DNA from: Microbotryum violaceum
Taxonomy: Eukaryota
Direction of reading: 5' to 3'
DNA: 64,000 bases
Assembly: GCA_001244265.2 (NCBI GenBank)
Contig: CDLV01000011.1
Span: 1,488,001 to 1,552,000, forward strand
A model generated the notes under the pieces. The model had not been told where the DNA came from. It saw nothing but the letters and a program-made list of their open reading frames with translations, and made no database searches. Position 1 is the first letter of the stretch. Every line of letters starts with the position of its first letter. This document shows positions 63,797 to 64,000 of the stretch, piece after piece. The position numbers and the translations under genes are program-made.

Positions 63797-64000
63797 GGAG
63801 AGAAGACACCGGTTGGTGCGCATCGCCAGGCTTCACTAAACAAACGCACGCTTCTAATTAAATAACCGATAGCCGCCTTCCTGCTAATCCTCATTCACAA
63901 CACACCAACTGCTATTATCGTTCCTGGCCCAGCCGATTGAGCCACGTTTGAGTACGCAGTCAATGGTGTGTGAGCGAATGGCGTGCTCGGCGTCAAATTG

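Overview
This is intron-rich, gene-dense eukaryotic DNA from a basidiomycete fungus. By inference it is Pucciniomycotina/Microbotryomycetes, based on short introns with frequent GTCAGT donors, an Upa2-type gene and the Helitron. I spliced the genes by hand. In order the window holds: a secreted A1 aspartic protease (partial), type I L-asparaginase with ankyrin repeats, a DUF202-like membrane protein, argininosuccinate lyase, myosin V, FYV10/GID9, a Nudix hydrolase, a TCAB1/WRAP53-like WD40 protein, an M1 aminopeptidase, an Upa2-like multi-PAM2/GWW protein, three tandem ACS-family MFS transporters, a decayed Helitron, a PFA4-like DHHC palmitoyltransferase, SDS22, DEF1/UBAP2L-like, a double-bromodomain protein, CDC16/APC6 and an uncharacterised multi-exon zinc-finger gene. 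The most striking signal is in the asparaginase gene. Its catalytic YTGGTIGM motif can only be rebuilt intact if two introns that overlap by one G (position 3084) are removed in sequence, which is a [D1,2]/[A2,3] spliceosomal twin intron (stwintron). Other points of interest are bulged GTYGAGT donors, a possible recursive AG|GT site, intron gain/loss among the tandem transporters, and a conserved 47-bp non-coding element upstream of them. All gene models are read from sequence only, with no database or RNA evidence.
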